Part shown: in pieces, positions 44,776-53,646 of the stretch
Layout of the letters: each line of letters opens with the position of its first letter
How positions within the stretch are numbered: position 1 is the first letter of the stretch
Assembly: GCA_003245835.1 (NCBI GenBank)
Contig: QKCC01000072.1
Coordinates: 9,982 to 73,981, forward strand
From: Spirochaetales bacterium
GTDB lineage: Bacteria; Spirochaetota; Spirochaetia; UBA9216
Direction of reading: 5' to 3'
Length of the DNA: 64,000 nucleotides
The notes under the pieces: generated by a model
The model's database searches: none
The model's input: the letters and a program-made list of their open reading frames with translations, nothing else
What the model was told of the DNA's origin: nothing
Translations under genes and position numbers: made by a program

Positions 44776-46368
44776 TTATTCCTCATCGTCTTCAATCTCG
44801 AAGCTGATTCCAACACCGCAATTTGGACATGCTGTCATGTCGAGAGTTATCGGGTGACCGCATTCGGGACATTCATAACCGTCGTCTTCGTCATCTTCTT
44901 CTTCATCATCTTCTGCATCGGCAGATATACCTGATTCAGCTTCAGAAGAAGTTTCTTTATATTCGGGCTCCTGTTCTTCAACGGGTTCATCATCTTCTGA
45001 ATAGTCTTCTTCTTCATCATCATATTCATCTTCTGATGAATCATAGCCCTCTTCAATATAATCTTCTTCTTCCTCGATAATGTCAACATTGTCGGCTATT
45101 ATAGACTTTATGAGATCGACATCTTCAACTTCAAGATCGTTGAAATCAGAGAGTTCATTCTCGGAAAGTACAACAAGATCTTCAATAAGCTCGATACCGT
45201 TAACATTGAGAACATCGATTATCTTGTCGGTGATGCCCGGAAGTTCGGAGATCCTTGTAATTTCTTCAGAGTCGTCGACTTCACCGAAAAGTTCGGAGAC
45301 GGCACGGCGTGTATCGACCGCAATATCCATCTCGTCAAACTGATCTTCGGTTTTAACATCAATATTCCAGTCTGCAAGACGGTTTGCAAGCCTGACGTTC
45401 AGCCCCTGCTTTCCTATTGCGAGAGAAAGCTGGCTTTCGTTGACGATGGCCAGAGCCTGTCTTTTTGCTTCGTCAAGAATAATGATTTCGTTGACTTCTG
45501 CCGGAGACAGGGCGTTTTTAATGAAAACCCTCGGATCTACGTCGTATTTAAGAATATCAATCTTTTCACCTTCAAGTTCCCTGACAATTGCCTGAATCCT
45601 GACACCCTTCATACCGACGCATGCGCCTACAGGATCAACGTCTTCACGGTTTGAATAAACTGCAATCTTGGTTCTGTATCCGGGTTCACGTACGATCTTG
45701 AAGATTTCAACAGTCTTATCGTAAACCTCGGGGACTTCAAGTTCAAAAACGCGCTTCACAAAGTCGGTGTGTGTTCTTGAGAGAACAATCTGCAGACCTG
45801 AAGGAGTTTTATTGATTTCGTAAATTAAAGCCTTTATCCTGTCATTCGGCCGGTATATTTCGCGCGGCGACTGGAATCTTTTCGGCAGAATACCTTCGGT
45901 TTTACCGAGATCTACGTAGATATTTCCGTTCTTTTCACGCTGGTAGTAACCTATAATCATTTCTCCGAGCTTTTCGTTGTATTCAGAGAAAAGAGTGTCT
46001 TTCTGAATCTCGCGCAGCGTCTGTTTGGCTTTCTGCTTGGCCGACTGGACTGCAACCCTGTCGAATTCCATCGGATCTATGGGAATAAGAAGTTCGTCGC
46101 CAATTTCACAATCCTCGTTCAGCTTGAGCGCGTCTTCAAGATCAATCTCAGCGACAGGATCGTAAACATCCTCCACGATGATTTTCTGCGCGTAAAGCTC
46201 AACGTCGTTACCGTCTTCTGAAAATTTAACCACGGCATTGTCTACCGTACCGAATGTACGCTTATAGGCTGCGAGGAGAAAATCTTCTATAGTTTTAATT
46301 ACAAGATCTTCGGATATTCCTTTGTCCTGTACTAATTGTTTTATTGCTTCAGCTATACCTGACGACAT
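44776..46368 (-). CDS. nusA: Transcription termination/antitermination factor NusA with an acidic tail and a C-terminal zinc ribbon
   Basis: It has the NTD, S1, KH1 and KH2 domains (e.g. CVGMKGVRIQAIVRELEGEKIDI, AIGKQGLNVRLA) and one HhH-like repeat. An Asp/Glu-rich tract of about 60 aa follows, then CPEC-x10-CPNC. Confidence 0.95.
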   Translation of the reverse strand: MSSGIAEAIKQLVQDKGISEDLVIKTIEDFLLAAYKRTFGTVDNAVVKFSEDGNDVELYAQKIIVEDVYDPVAEIDLEDALKLNEDCEIGDELLIPIDPMEFDRVAVQSAKQKAKQTLREIQKDTLFSEYNEKLGEMIIGYYQREKNGNIYVDLGKTEGILPKRFQSPREIYRPNDRIKALIYEINKTPSGLQIVLSRTHTDFVKRVFELEVPEVYDKTVEIFKIVREPGYRTKIAVYSNREDVDPVGACVGMKGVRIQAIVRELEGEKIDILKYDVDPRVFIKNALSPAEVNEIIILDEAKRQALAIVNESQLSLAIGKQGLNVRLANRLADWNIDVKTEDQFDEMDIAVDTRRAVSELFGEVDDSEEITRISELPGITDKIIDVLNVNGIELIEDLVVLSENELSDFNDLEVEDVDLIKSIIADNVDIIEEEEDYIEEGYDSSEDEYDDEEEDYSEDDEPVEEQEPEYKETSSEAESGISADAEDDEEEDDEDDGYECPECGHPITLDMTACPNCGVGISFEIEDDEE

Positions 46369-46386
46369 AATAGTCCTCCGTTTTTA

Positions 46387-46824
46387 TTAATCTAGTTTAG
46401 CTTTTAGAATCTGATCATAAGAATAACCGGTAATGTTGTCACCGGACTGAATTGTAACCGATTTATCATCGGCTGAAGTGATGGTCCCTTCAAGCCAGTC
46501 GTTGCCGATTAGAAGTTTTATTCGTTCGCCGATAAAAAGATGAAATTCCCAGGCGTCTTTGAGTGTTCTGCCTACTCCGGGTGATGAAACCTCAAGATTC
46601 ACATCACGGTTATCGGCCCAGACTTCAATTCTGGGCATAACGGCTCTGGAGATTTGTGTACAGGAATCAATGTCGATTCCGCCTTTTTTATGAAGTACCA
46701 GCCTTACCTGAAGCGCGGTTTTAATCACGGCCGAGTTCAGCTGTACTACTTCTGTATTAAAGCCCCTGCATACGGGTTCGATTACCGAGAAAAGTTCATT
46801 CTCCGCATAGTCATTATATTTCAA
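46387..46824 (-). CDS. rimP: Ribosome maturation factor RimP
   Basis: A 145-aa protein immediately upstream of nusA, in the conserved rimP-nusA-infB order. RimP-like LEVSSPG motif (here LEVSSPGVGR). Confidence 0.85.
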   Translation of the reverse strand: MKYNDYAENELFSVIEPVCRGFNTEVVQLNSAVIKTALQVRLVLHKKGGIDIDSCTQISRAVMPRIEVWADNRDVNLEVSSPGVGRTLKDAWEFHLFIGERIKLLIGNDWLEGTITSADDKSVTIQSGDNITGYSYDQILKAKLD

Positions 46825-46865
46825 TGCTCTTCCTTATAAAAAACAGCAATAAAAACGTGAACCTA

Positions 46866-46891
46866 TAAAAAAAGAAGCCGTGGTCGACTTC
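46866..46891 (-). terminator. Rho-independent terminator after comF
   Basis: On the minus strand, GAAGTCG-ACCA-CGGCTTC forms a 7-bp stem with one G-U pair. It is followed by TTTTTTTA and lies about 50 nt after the comF stop. Confidence 0.6.
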
Positions 46892-46939
46892 TTCAGGCAT
46901 TGTCTCTTAAGCTGTCGGTCTATTTTATATTCTAAAGCG

Positions 46940-47683
46940 TTAAAGGTCAAGAGCTATGGCAAGGCAGCGGACCTCGGCGGTTCCCGCAGAAATAAGAACG
47001 GATGCGCAGCAGTCCATTGTTGCTCCGGTAGTAAACACATCATCCAGCAGAAGGACATTTTCCGGGGCGGCAAATGATGGTCTAAGCTGAATTTTGCCTT
47101 CAAGGTTTGAAAGCCGCCTGTGGTAATCCATAGATTTCTGAGGCGGCCCGTCGGAACGTTTCAGGCAGTCGAGCACAGTCAGCCCGTAAATCTGATTTAA
47201 ATTTTCAGCAATAATACGGACCTGATCCCAGCCTCTTTTTCTTTTTGAAGACGGTCTGAACGGAACCGGTACTATAACCATGTCAGCATAGTATTCCCTG
47301 ATTTGATCATGTAAAAGCTTTGCAAGCAGATATGAAATTGCCTTTCGGTTGTCGAATTTGTACGCTGATATTATTTCGCGGGCTGTATCGGAGTAAAAAA
47401 AGAGGCTTTCAGCGGAAGTGAAGCTCCAGTCTTTTTCACGGCACCTTCCGCAAAGCAGATTTTCAGAAATAAGCGGGTAGCCGCATCTGCTGCACTTTCG
47501 CAGGTTAGGGTATCTTTTATTCAGAACCGATTCGGAGGTTTGATCGACACAGTCACGGCAGAGGGGGACGTCCGGAAAGTCCGGGTGCCGTTCAAAAACG
47601 AGCGATCTGCCGCAGACTGAACAGCTGTCGGGTATCAGAAAATCGAAAATGAAGCCGGAGATTGATCGAAGATTTAAATGCAT
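46940..47683 (-). CDS. comF: ComF-family phosphoribosyltransferase-domain protein
   Basis: The N-terminus has Cys-rich zinc-finger-like pairs (CSVCG...CRDC...CSRCG...CGRC). The C-terminal PRTase motif is VLLLDDVFTTGAT. Confidence 0.85.
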   Translation of the reverse strand: MHLNLRSISGFIFDFLIPDSCSVCGRSLVFERHPDFPDVPLCRDCVDQTSESVLNKRYPNLRKCSRCGYPLISENLLCGRCREKDWSFTSAESLFFYSDTAREIISAYKFDNRKAISYLLAKLLHDQIREYYADMVIVPVPFRPSSKRKRGWDQVRIIAENLNQIYGLTVLDCLKRSDGPPQKSMDYHRRLSNLEGKIQLRPSFAAPENVLLLDDVFTTGATMDCCASVLISAGTAEVRCLAIALDL

Positions 47684-47737
47684 ACATTAATTGATAATAA
47701 CTTTTTTTATCTACGCTTCAGCAGCGGGAATGAACGG

Positions 47738-50320
47738 TTATCTGTATTTTTCTTTCCACTCACTGATTTTGTTAAGCGCTTCAAGCGGAGTGCAGCTGTT
47801 GATGTCAAACCCGAGTATTTCGCTTCTGAGCAGATCCTCCTCAGGAAAAAGTTCGGGGGGGTTTACATTTTTGCCGCCTGAAGCTGACCGGGAACCATGC
47901 TGGACCTCCCTGCTTTCGAGTTCCGCCTGGATTTCTCCGGCTTTTACAATTACTTCGCGGGGAAGCCCTGCAAGAGCGGCGACATGAATTCCGTATGATG
48001 CATCGGCAGGTTCATTTTTGATCCTTTTTAAAAAGACTATTTCACCGTTCTGTTCTCTTACATCGAGCGAGAGATTTGTAAGCCCCGGATGCTCCAGCAT
48101 TGTGAGCTCGTGGTAGTGAGTTGCAAACAGGGTTTTTGAGCGGACTTTTTCAAGAAGATACTCTGATACCGCCCGCGCGATAGACAGACCGTCATTGGTT
48201 CCTGTTCCCCGGCCGACTTCGTCCATAATAACAAGGCTGCGGTCGGTTGCAGAATTAAGGATGTTGGCGGTTTCATTCATTTCAACCATAAAGGTTGATT
48301 CTCCGCGGGCAAGGTTGTCAGAAGCACCTACGCGGCAGAAAATCCTGTCGACAATCCCGATCTCCGCGCTGTCCGCGGGTATAAATGAGCCGATCTGAGC
48401 CATGAGTATTATCAGCGCGTTCTGCCTGAGGTAGGTGGATTTACCGGCCATATTCGGCCCGGTGATAAGTGCAAACCGGACACCGCTGCCGTCGAGCGTC
48501 ATGCTGTTCGGAACAAATTCACCCGAAGGCATATTTGCTTCTACAACCGGGTGGCGTCCGTTTATAATATTCACCCTGTTGTCGCCGGTAATGCGGGGTT
48601 TAATGTAGCCGTAACGGGTTGCTGTTCCTGCCAGGGCTGCTAGGCAGTCAATTTCTGAAATATAGTCGGCCAGAGAAAGCAGTGTATCGATCTTTACCCT
48701 GACATCGGCCCGGACTTCAAGAAACAGCTTTTTTTCTAGTTCTATTGCCCTGTCGGATGCGGTGTTAAGGTCTGTTTCGAGCTCAATCAGCCTGTCGGTT
48801 GTAAAACGTTCTGCCCCGACAAGGGACTGTCTGCGGATAAAATGGTCCGGAACAAGGCTGAGGTTGGTTTTGGTTACCTCAATGAAGTACCCGATTATCT
48901 TATTGTACCTGATCTTGAGCGAGTTAATCCCGGAATCCTTCTTTTCCTGTTCAAGGTAGTCCGACAGGATCTTTCGGCTGTGCTGACGCAGGTTTTTCAG
49001 TTTGTCGAGTTCACCGCTGTAGCCTTCCCTGATCAGCCTGCCTTCCGTAAGCAGTGTCGACGGGTCTTCATCGATCGATTTTTCAAGCAGGCTGAGAATC
49101 TCGGCAGCTTCGGCGACAGTATCATTGTTCAGCGTTCCGGGGCCCTTCTCTCCTTCCCATTCGCCAAGCAGCTCGTTGAGTTCAAATGCGGAACGCAGTG
49201 AGTTCCGGACAGCCAGCAGATCCTTTGCGTGGGCCTTTTCCATTGCGATTCTTGAAGTCAACCGCTCAATATCGAGTATCCCGCTGAGTTTCGATGTCAA
49301 TCCGGACAGAAGTATCTGGTTATGATAAAGGAATTCAACCCGGTCCTGCCGGCCGAGAATCTGATCTTTGTTTATTAGCGGATGAAGCAGCCAGGTTTTC
49401 AGCCTGCGTGACCCCATAGCAGTGCGGGTCAGATCGAGAACTTCAAGCAGCGAGTATCTTTTCGAGCCGTCCTGAAGGTTGCTTGTTATTTCGAGGTTTC
49501 TGAGACTCGATTCATCGAGCAGCAGAAAATCCGCGTCTTTCAGAATTTTGAGTTTTCTGATATGCGGAAGAAGGCTTTTTGATGTTTCGCCGACGTATTC
49601 AAGAATAATTCCGCAGGAAAACAGCGCCGGATCGTCGTCTGCTGCTCCGAATCCTTTCAGAGAATTTACACCAAACTGCTTTTTTAGAATTTCCGCTGAA
49701 TTTTCAATATCGAATGCCCAGTCGGGGTACCGGTTTACAAGCAGGTTTCGGTGTTCATCGATAAGTCTTGCTACCTCGTTGTTGTCTTCAAGAAGCGACT
49801 GCTGAATCAGGATTTCGCCGGGAGAGAGCCTGAGCAGTTCGCGCTTCAGGACTTCGGCAGTTCGGGCAGCATCAAATGAAGAAGCAAAAAAGTCCCCGGT
49901 TGAAAGGTCAGTATAGGCAATAGACAGGTTTTTACGGTAAATACCGGCAGCAAAAAGGTAATTGTTCCTGTCCTTGTCAAGAAAATCCTCTTCAACGACT
50001 GTTCCGGGTGTGATTATTTCGACTACTTCCCGCTCGGCAATGCCCTTGCCGCCCACCGGCATCTTTGTCTGTTCGCAAATTGCTATTTTTTTTCCTGCCT
50101 TGAGCAGTCTTGAAATATAACCGTGAGCAGCGTGATATGGTATGCCGCACATCGGGATTTCATGCCTTTTGGTTAGCGTCAGGTTCAGTATTGCCGAAGC
50201 TTCTTTTGCATCGGAGAGGAACATCTCATAAAAATCGCCCAGTCTGAAAAAGAGGATTGAATCTTTATGTGATTCTTTGATGCGCCTGTACTGGCGCATC
50301 ATCGGGGTATCAGAAGACAT
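47738..50320 (-). CDS. mutS: DNA mismatch repair protein MutS
   Basis: Signatures include TPMMRQY, FFRLGDFYE, Walker A GPNMAGKST and DE.GRGT. Length is 860 aa. Confidence 0.96.
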   Translation of the reverse strand: MSSDTPMMRQYRRIKESHKDSILFFRLGDFYEMFLSDAKEASAILNLTLTKRHEIPMCGIPYHAAHGYISRLLKAGKKIAICEQTKMPVGGKGIAEREVVEIITPGTVVEEDFLDKDRNNYLFAAGIYRKNLSIAYTDLSTGDFFASSFDAARTAEVLKRELLRLSPGEILIQQSLLEDNNEVARLIDEHRNLLVNRYPDWAFDIENSAEILKKQFGVNSLKGFGAADDDPALFSCGIILEYVGETSKSLLPHIRKLKILKDADFLLLDESSLRNLEITSNLQDGSKRYSLLEVLDLTRTAMGSRRLKTWLLHPLINKDQILGRQDRVEFLYHNQILLSGLTSKLSGILDIERLTSRIAMEKAHAKDLLAVRNSLRSAFELNELLGEWEGEKGPGTLNNDTVAEAAEILSLLEKSIDEDPSTLLTEGRLIREGYSGELDKLKNLRQHSRKILSDYLEQEKKDSGINSLKIRYNKIIGYFIEVTKTNLSLVPDHFIRRQSLVGAERFTTDRLIELETDLNTASDRAIELEKKLFLEVRADVRVKIDTLLSLADYISEIDCLAALAGTATRYGYIKPRITGDNRVNIINGRHPVVEANMPSGEFVPNSMTLDGSGVRFALITGPNMAGKSTYLRQNALIILMAQIGSFIPADSAEIGIVDRIFCRVGASDNLARGESTFMVEMNETANILNSATDRSLVIMDEVGRGTGTNDGLSIARAVSEYLLEKVRSKTLFATHYHELTMLEHPGLTNLSLDVREQNGEIVFLKRIKNEPADASYGIHVAALAGLPREVIVKAGEIQAELESREVQHGSRSASGGKNVNPPELFPEEDLLRSEILGFDINSCTPLEALNKISEWKEKYR

Positions 50321-50334
50321 TACGGCTCAGGGAA

Positions 50335-50904
50335 TTAATTGGTTTCCCGTGCGGCCTGCCATCTGAGTCTTTCAAGCACCTTGTCGGTAACATCGATTTC
50401 GTGGTTGTACCAGAGAATATCGGGATCCTGGGTCCTCATTATCATCGAATATCCTTCCGATTCCGCTATGTATGTTATGGCGTCAAGAATTTCAGCAGTA
50501 AATGTGGACGACTGCGAAACACCCTGAATTTTGCTGTTGATTCTGTTCTGCCAGACTGAATGAAACTCCTTAAGGTATTCCTGCTTTTTGTATATCTCGT
50601 TATCAAGCTTCAGCGCTTTTGTGCTGTCATTATTGTTCTGCGCTTCGAGTTTTTCCATTTTCAGATCATTAATATCATCGAGGATTTCATCACGGCCGGT
50701 GTTGTATTTTTCACGCATTGCGTCGATTTCCCGCCATGCCGATGATTCGGCGAAGTAGTCTTCGACAATACGTGAAAAGTTTACTATTCCTATCTTGGAT
50801 AACTGTTCAGCAGAAACGCTGAATACAGAAAATACCAGTATAGCTGTTGCCAATATAATTATTCGTTTAAACAATTTCTTTTCTCCTACAATAAGTTCCC
50901 GCAT
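50335..50904 (-). CDS. skp: OmpH/Skp-family periplasmic chaperone
   Basis: It has a signal peptide and a 189-aa helical, Lys/Glu-rich body. It lies immediately downstream of bamA, the conserved bamA-skp arrangement. Confidence 0.75.
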   Translation of the reverse strand: MRELIVGEKKLFKRIIILATAILVFSVFSVSAEQLSKIGIVNFSRIVEDYFAESSAWREIDAMREKYNTGRDEILDDINDLKMEKLEAQNNNDSTKALKLDNEIYKKQEYLKEFHSVWQNRINSKIQGVSQSSTFTAEILDAITYIAESEGYSMIMRTQDPDILWYNHEIDVTDKVLERLRWQAARETN

Positions 50905-50916
50905 TGAGGCAGGCCG

Positions 50917-50955
50917 GGATTAATCAGGTATAAAAATATAATACCTGATTAATCC
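50917..50955 (-). promoter_or_regulatory. Perfect 15-bp stem-loop in the bamA-skp intercistronic spacer
   Basis: GGATTAATCAGGTAT (50917-50931) pairs with ATACCTGATTAATCC (50941-50955) around a 9-nt loop. No T-tract follows on the transcribed strand. It ends 12 nt upstream of the skp ATG. Confidence 0.5.
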
Positions 50956-50977
50956 GTGTTATGAAAATATCTGCAAT

Positions 50978-53632
50978 CTAAAAATAGTCAAGATCGAATG
51001 TTATAACAAAATCAATGCCTGAGGCATCATTTGTATCTTCCGATGTGAAATAAGAACCGCGCTGCAGTTCAAGACCGGAATCAGTGAATTTAGCACGTTT
51101 GACAACGAAGAAGGAAATCGGAAAACTTGGAATATCAATCTGTGCACCCGTTCCGAGAGTAAAGCAGTAATCATTAAGCGACATTCCCAGAATGTCGGCA
51201 GGCTCATCCCAGACGGCTGTACCGCTTAAGAAGGTATTCCATGAAAGCATTCCGGTTGCAATCGGTGTCGTGAAATCCGCAACAAGGTCAAGCAGGGCTT
51301 TGTTGTCGTAATTTGTGCCCCATCCGCGTGCAAGGAACATTCCGTCGTAATAAAGAAGATCTTCCCTTGTAGCCACCGTATTCCAACCCCAGCCTCCGTC
51401 AACATAACTCCACTGGGGGAATATCAGTGAGAACTGGCCGTGAAGACCCAGAACGGTCGAGAAATTCCATTTTTCGGTAACCGGAAAATCAAAAAGTTTA
51501 AAATATGCGTCGGCGTCCGTTTTTGTTTTTATATAATGCCTGGTTCCGAAAAGCAGCCCTCCGGTGTACGTGAGAGTTTCCTTCAGGATAAACCCTTTTG
51601 TCGGAGAGTAGATCAGATCACGGGTGTCCCAGCTTGCTGTAAGCCAGAATTTATCGGTAATACTAAGCGAACCGAGAGAATCCCTGATGTCTTTATCAAA
51701 CGGACGGTACAGCGTATCATCATAAAAAATTTTCGACCATGCAGTACTGATTCCGGTACCGAGGCTGACGCGTCCGAGCGGTGTAAAGAAGGTATACCCG
51801 CCGTTTCCGGAAAGCGACAATGTCAGAGATTCATAATCCATCAGGTATACGGAATCTATAGTATCACCGGCGGCGATCGCGTAGTCATAATCGGTAAGGA
51901 TTGTACCGTCGCTGATCATGGTCTGAAGTTCGGTGTCCGTGTAGTCGTCAACATTGACGGCCTCGCCTGCTGAATACGAGCTGTCGGAAGCGTCATCAGC
52001 CCAGACCCAATGGCCGTCATACGGATCCGGAACGACCTGATCATTGACATCTTCATCAACACTGAAAATCGGCAGCAGAATATCCTGCGGAACGGAAGTA
52101 TACTGATCATGACTGAAAGATACGTCAAACCCTCCGGAAATCCTCTGATCAAACAGCCAGTTGTTATTGTAGCTGAATGAAACCTCCTGGCTTGTCGGCG
52201 AAACCGAAAGTCCTACGCTGATATCCTGACCTTCACCGAGAAAATTGGAATCGTTCCACTTCAGGAAGCCTATGATCGGAATTGTTCCAGCCTGGGCTGT
52301 AAATGTAAGACCGAACTGTATGTCTGTCGTATTCTGCTCTTCCACATTTATTACAAGGTCCATCAGGCCCTGTTCACTTCCGTATGGAGTTTCGGGAATA
52401 ACTGAAGAGAAATACTGGGTGTTATACAGGTTGTTCAATCCCTGCATGATGCCCGATTTACTGAAAACGTCACCGACTTCAAGCGGTATTTCACGCAGAA
52501 TGACGTTGTCTTTCGTCTTTTCGTTTCCCTTGATTATAATATTCTCAATATGTGCGCGGCTTTTTTCAACTATAATAACGTGATAGGAGATTTCGTTTGT
52601 TTCGTCGTCTCTTTTCTCCTGTGGCTGAATATTGTTATAGATATAACCGTCGTCGTAGTATTTATCGCCTATCGCTATAAGATCGCTTTCGAGCCTGGAC
52701 CTGTTGAGCGTCTTCCCGGTTTTAGACTTTGTGCTTTTAAGAAGTTCTTCATCGCTGAAGAGTGTGTTGCCTTCGAAGGTAAATCCTCCGAAGAGCCAGG
52801 GTTCGCCTTCTTCAATATAAAAAATGATCCCGACATAGTTTTTATCTTTTTCACCTTCGCGTTCGACATCATTAATTACTACATCCTTAACCTTCATATC
52901 GATGTACCCGGCATCGTTATAATATTTTTCGATCGCGGCTTTGTCTTTTTCTACAAGGCTTTCCTGGAAAATTCCCTGGTTGAAAAACGACTGCTCCTTT
53001 AATTTAAGCTGACCTTTAAGGGTACTTTCAGACGCAAATGTATTACCCGAGAATGAAATGGAATCGATCCTGGTCTGACTTCCTTCTGTAATGGTAAAAA
53101 AGAGATCTACATAGCCGGCATCCGACGAGTTCTCAACACTGCTCTCGACCTTTACATCGGAATATCCTTCCTCGATATAAAGATTCCTGATTGCGCCTTC
53201 ATCTATCCTTATTTTGGCATTGTTTACAATGTCGTCCTCTTTAAGGGTCGTCACATCAAGTATCTTTGACCTGGTCATACTCAGGTTGCCGCGTATAACA
53301 ATGGATTTAATCAGCGGTTTTTCAGTTACTGTAAACTCGATTATGACCTTGCTGTTGCTGCTGTCGCCCGGAAGAGCGTTGGCCGAAAAGCTGTCGAAAT
53401 AATTAAGAGAATACAGCTTGCTCTGAAGGTCCCAGAAAAGCGTATCGGTAAACTTTTTATTAATGAATTGATTGGTTATACCTTCAAGTTCTGCAGGGTC
53501 AATATGATTTAATCCGGTGAATCTGATTTCACTAATCGGTTTATCGACATACCATTCCGCAGCCTGAGCATATACAGCTGAAGCCGTTAAAGCCATGATA
53601 AGTATAACAAAAGACAGAAAAACTTTTCTCAT
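50978..53632 (-). CDS. bamA: Outer membrane protein assembly factor BamA
   Basis: It has a signal peptide, repeated POTRA units (I..I.F.GN......L) and a C-terminal Omp85 beta-barrel ending in an aromatic residue (...FDLDYF). Length is 884 aa. Confidence 0.92.
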   Translation of the reverse strand: MRKVFLSFVILIMALTASAVYAQAAEWYVDKPISEIRFTGLNHIDPAELEGITNQFINKKFTDTLFWDLQSKLYSLNYFDSFSANALPGDSSNSKVIIEFTVTEKPLIKSIVIRGNLSMTRSKILDVTTLKEDDIVNNAKIRIDEGAIRNLYIEEGYSDVKVESSVENSSDAGYVDLFFTITEGSQTRIDSISFSGNTFASESTLKGQLKLKEQSFFNQGIFQESLVEKDKAAIEKYYNDAGYIDMKVKDVVINDVEREGEKDKNYVGIIFYIEEGEPWLFGGFTFEGNTLFSDEELLKSTKSKTGKTLNRSRLESDLIAIGDKYYDDGYIYNNIQPQEKRDDETNEISYHVIIVEKSRAHIENIIIKGNEKTKDNVILREIPLEVGDVFSKSGIMQGLNNLYNTQYFSSVIPETPYGSEQGLMDLVINVEEQNTTDIQFGLTFTAQAGTIPIIGFLKWNDSNFLGEGQDISVGLSVSPTSQEVSFSYNNNWLFDQRISGGFDVSFSHDQYTSVPQDILLPIFSVDEDVNDQVVPDPYDGHWVWADDASDSSYSAGEAVNVDDYTDTELQTMISDGTILTDYDYAIAAGDTIDSVYLMDYESLTLSLSGNGGYTFFTPLGRVSLGTGISTAWSKIFYDDTLYRPFDKDIRDSLGSLSITDKFWLTASWDTRDLIYSPTKGFILKETLTYTGGLLFGTRHYIKTKTDADAYFKLFDFPVTEKWNFSTVLGLHGQFSLIFPQWSYVDGGWGWNTVATREDLLYYDGMFLARGWGTNYDNKALLDLVADFTTPIATGMLSWNTFLSGTAVWDEPADILGMSLNDYCFTLGTGAQIDIPSFPISFFVVKRAKFTDSGLELQRGSYFTSEDTNDASGIDFVITFDLDYF

Positions 53633-53646
53633 GCTTTCTCCTCGAT

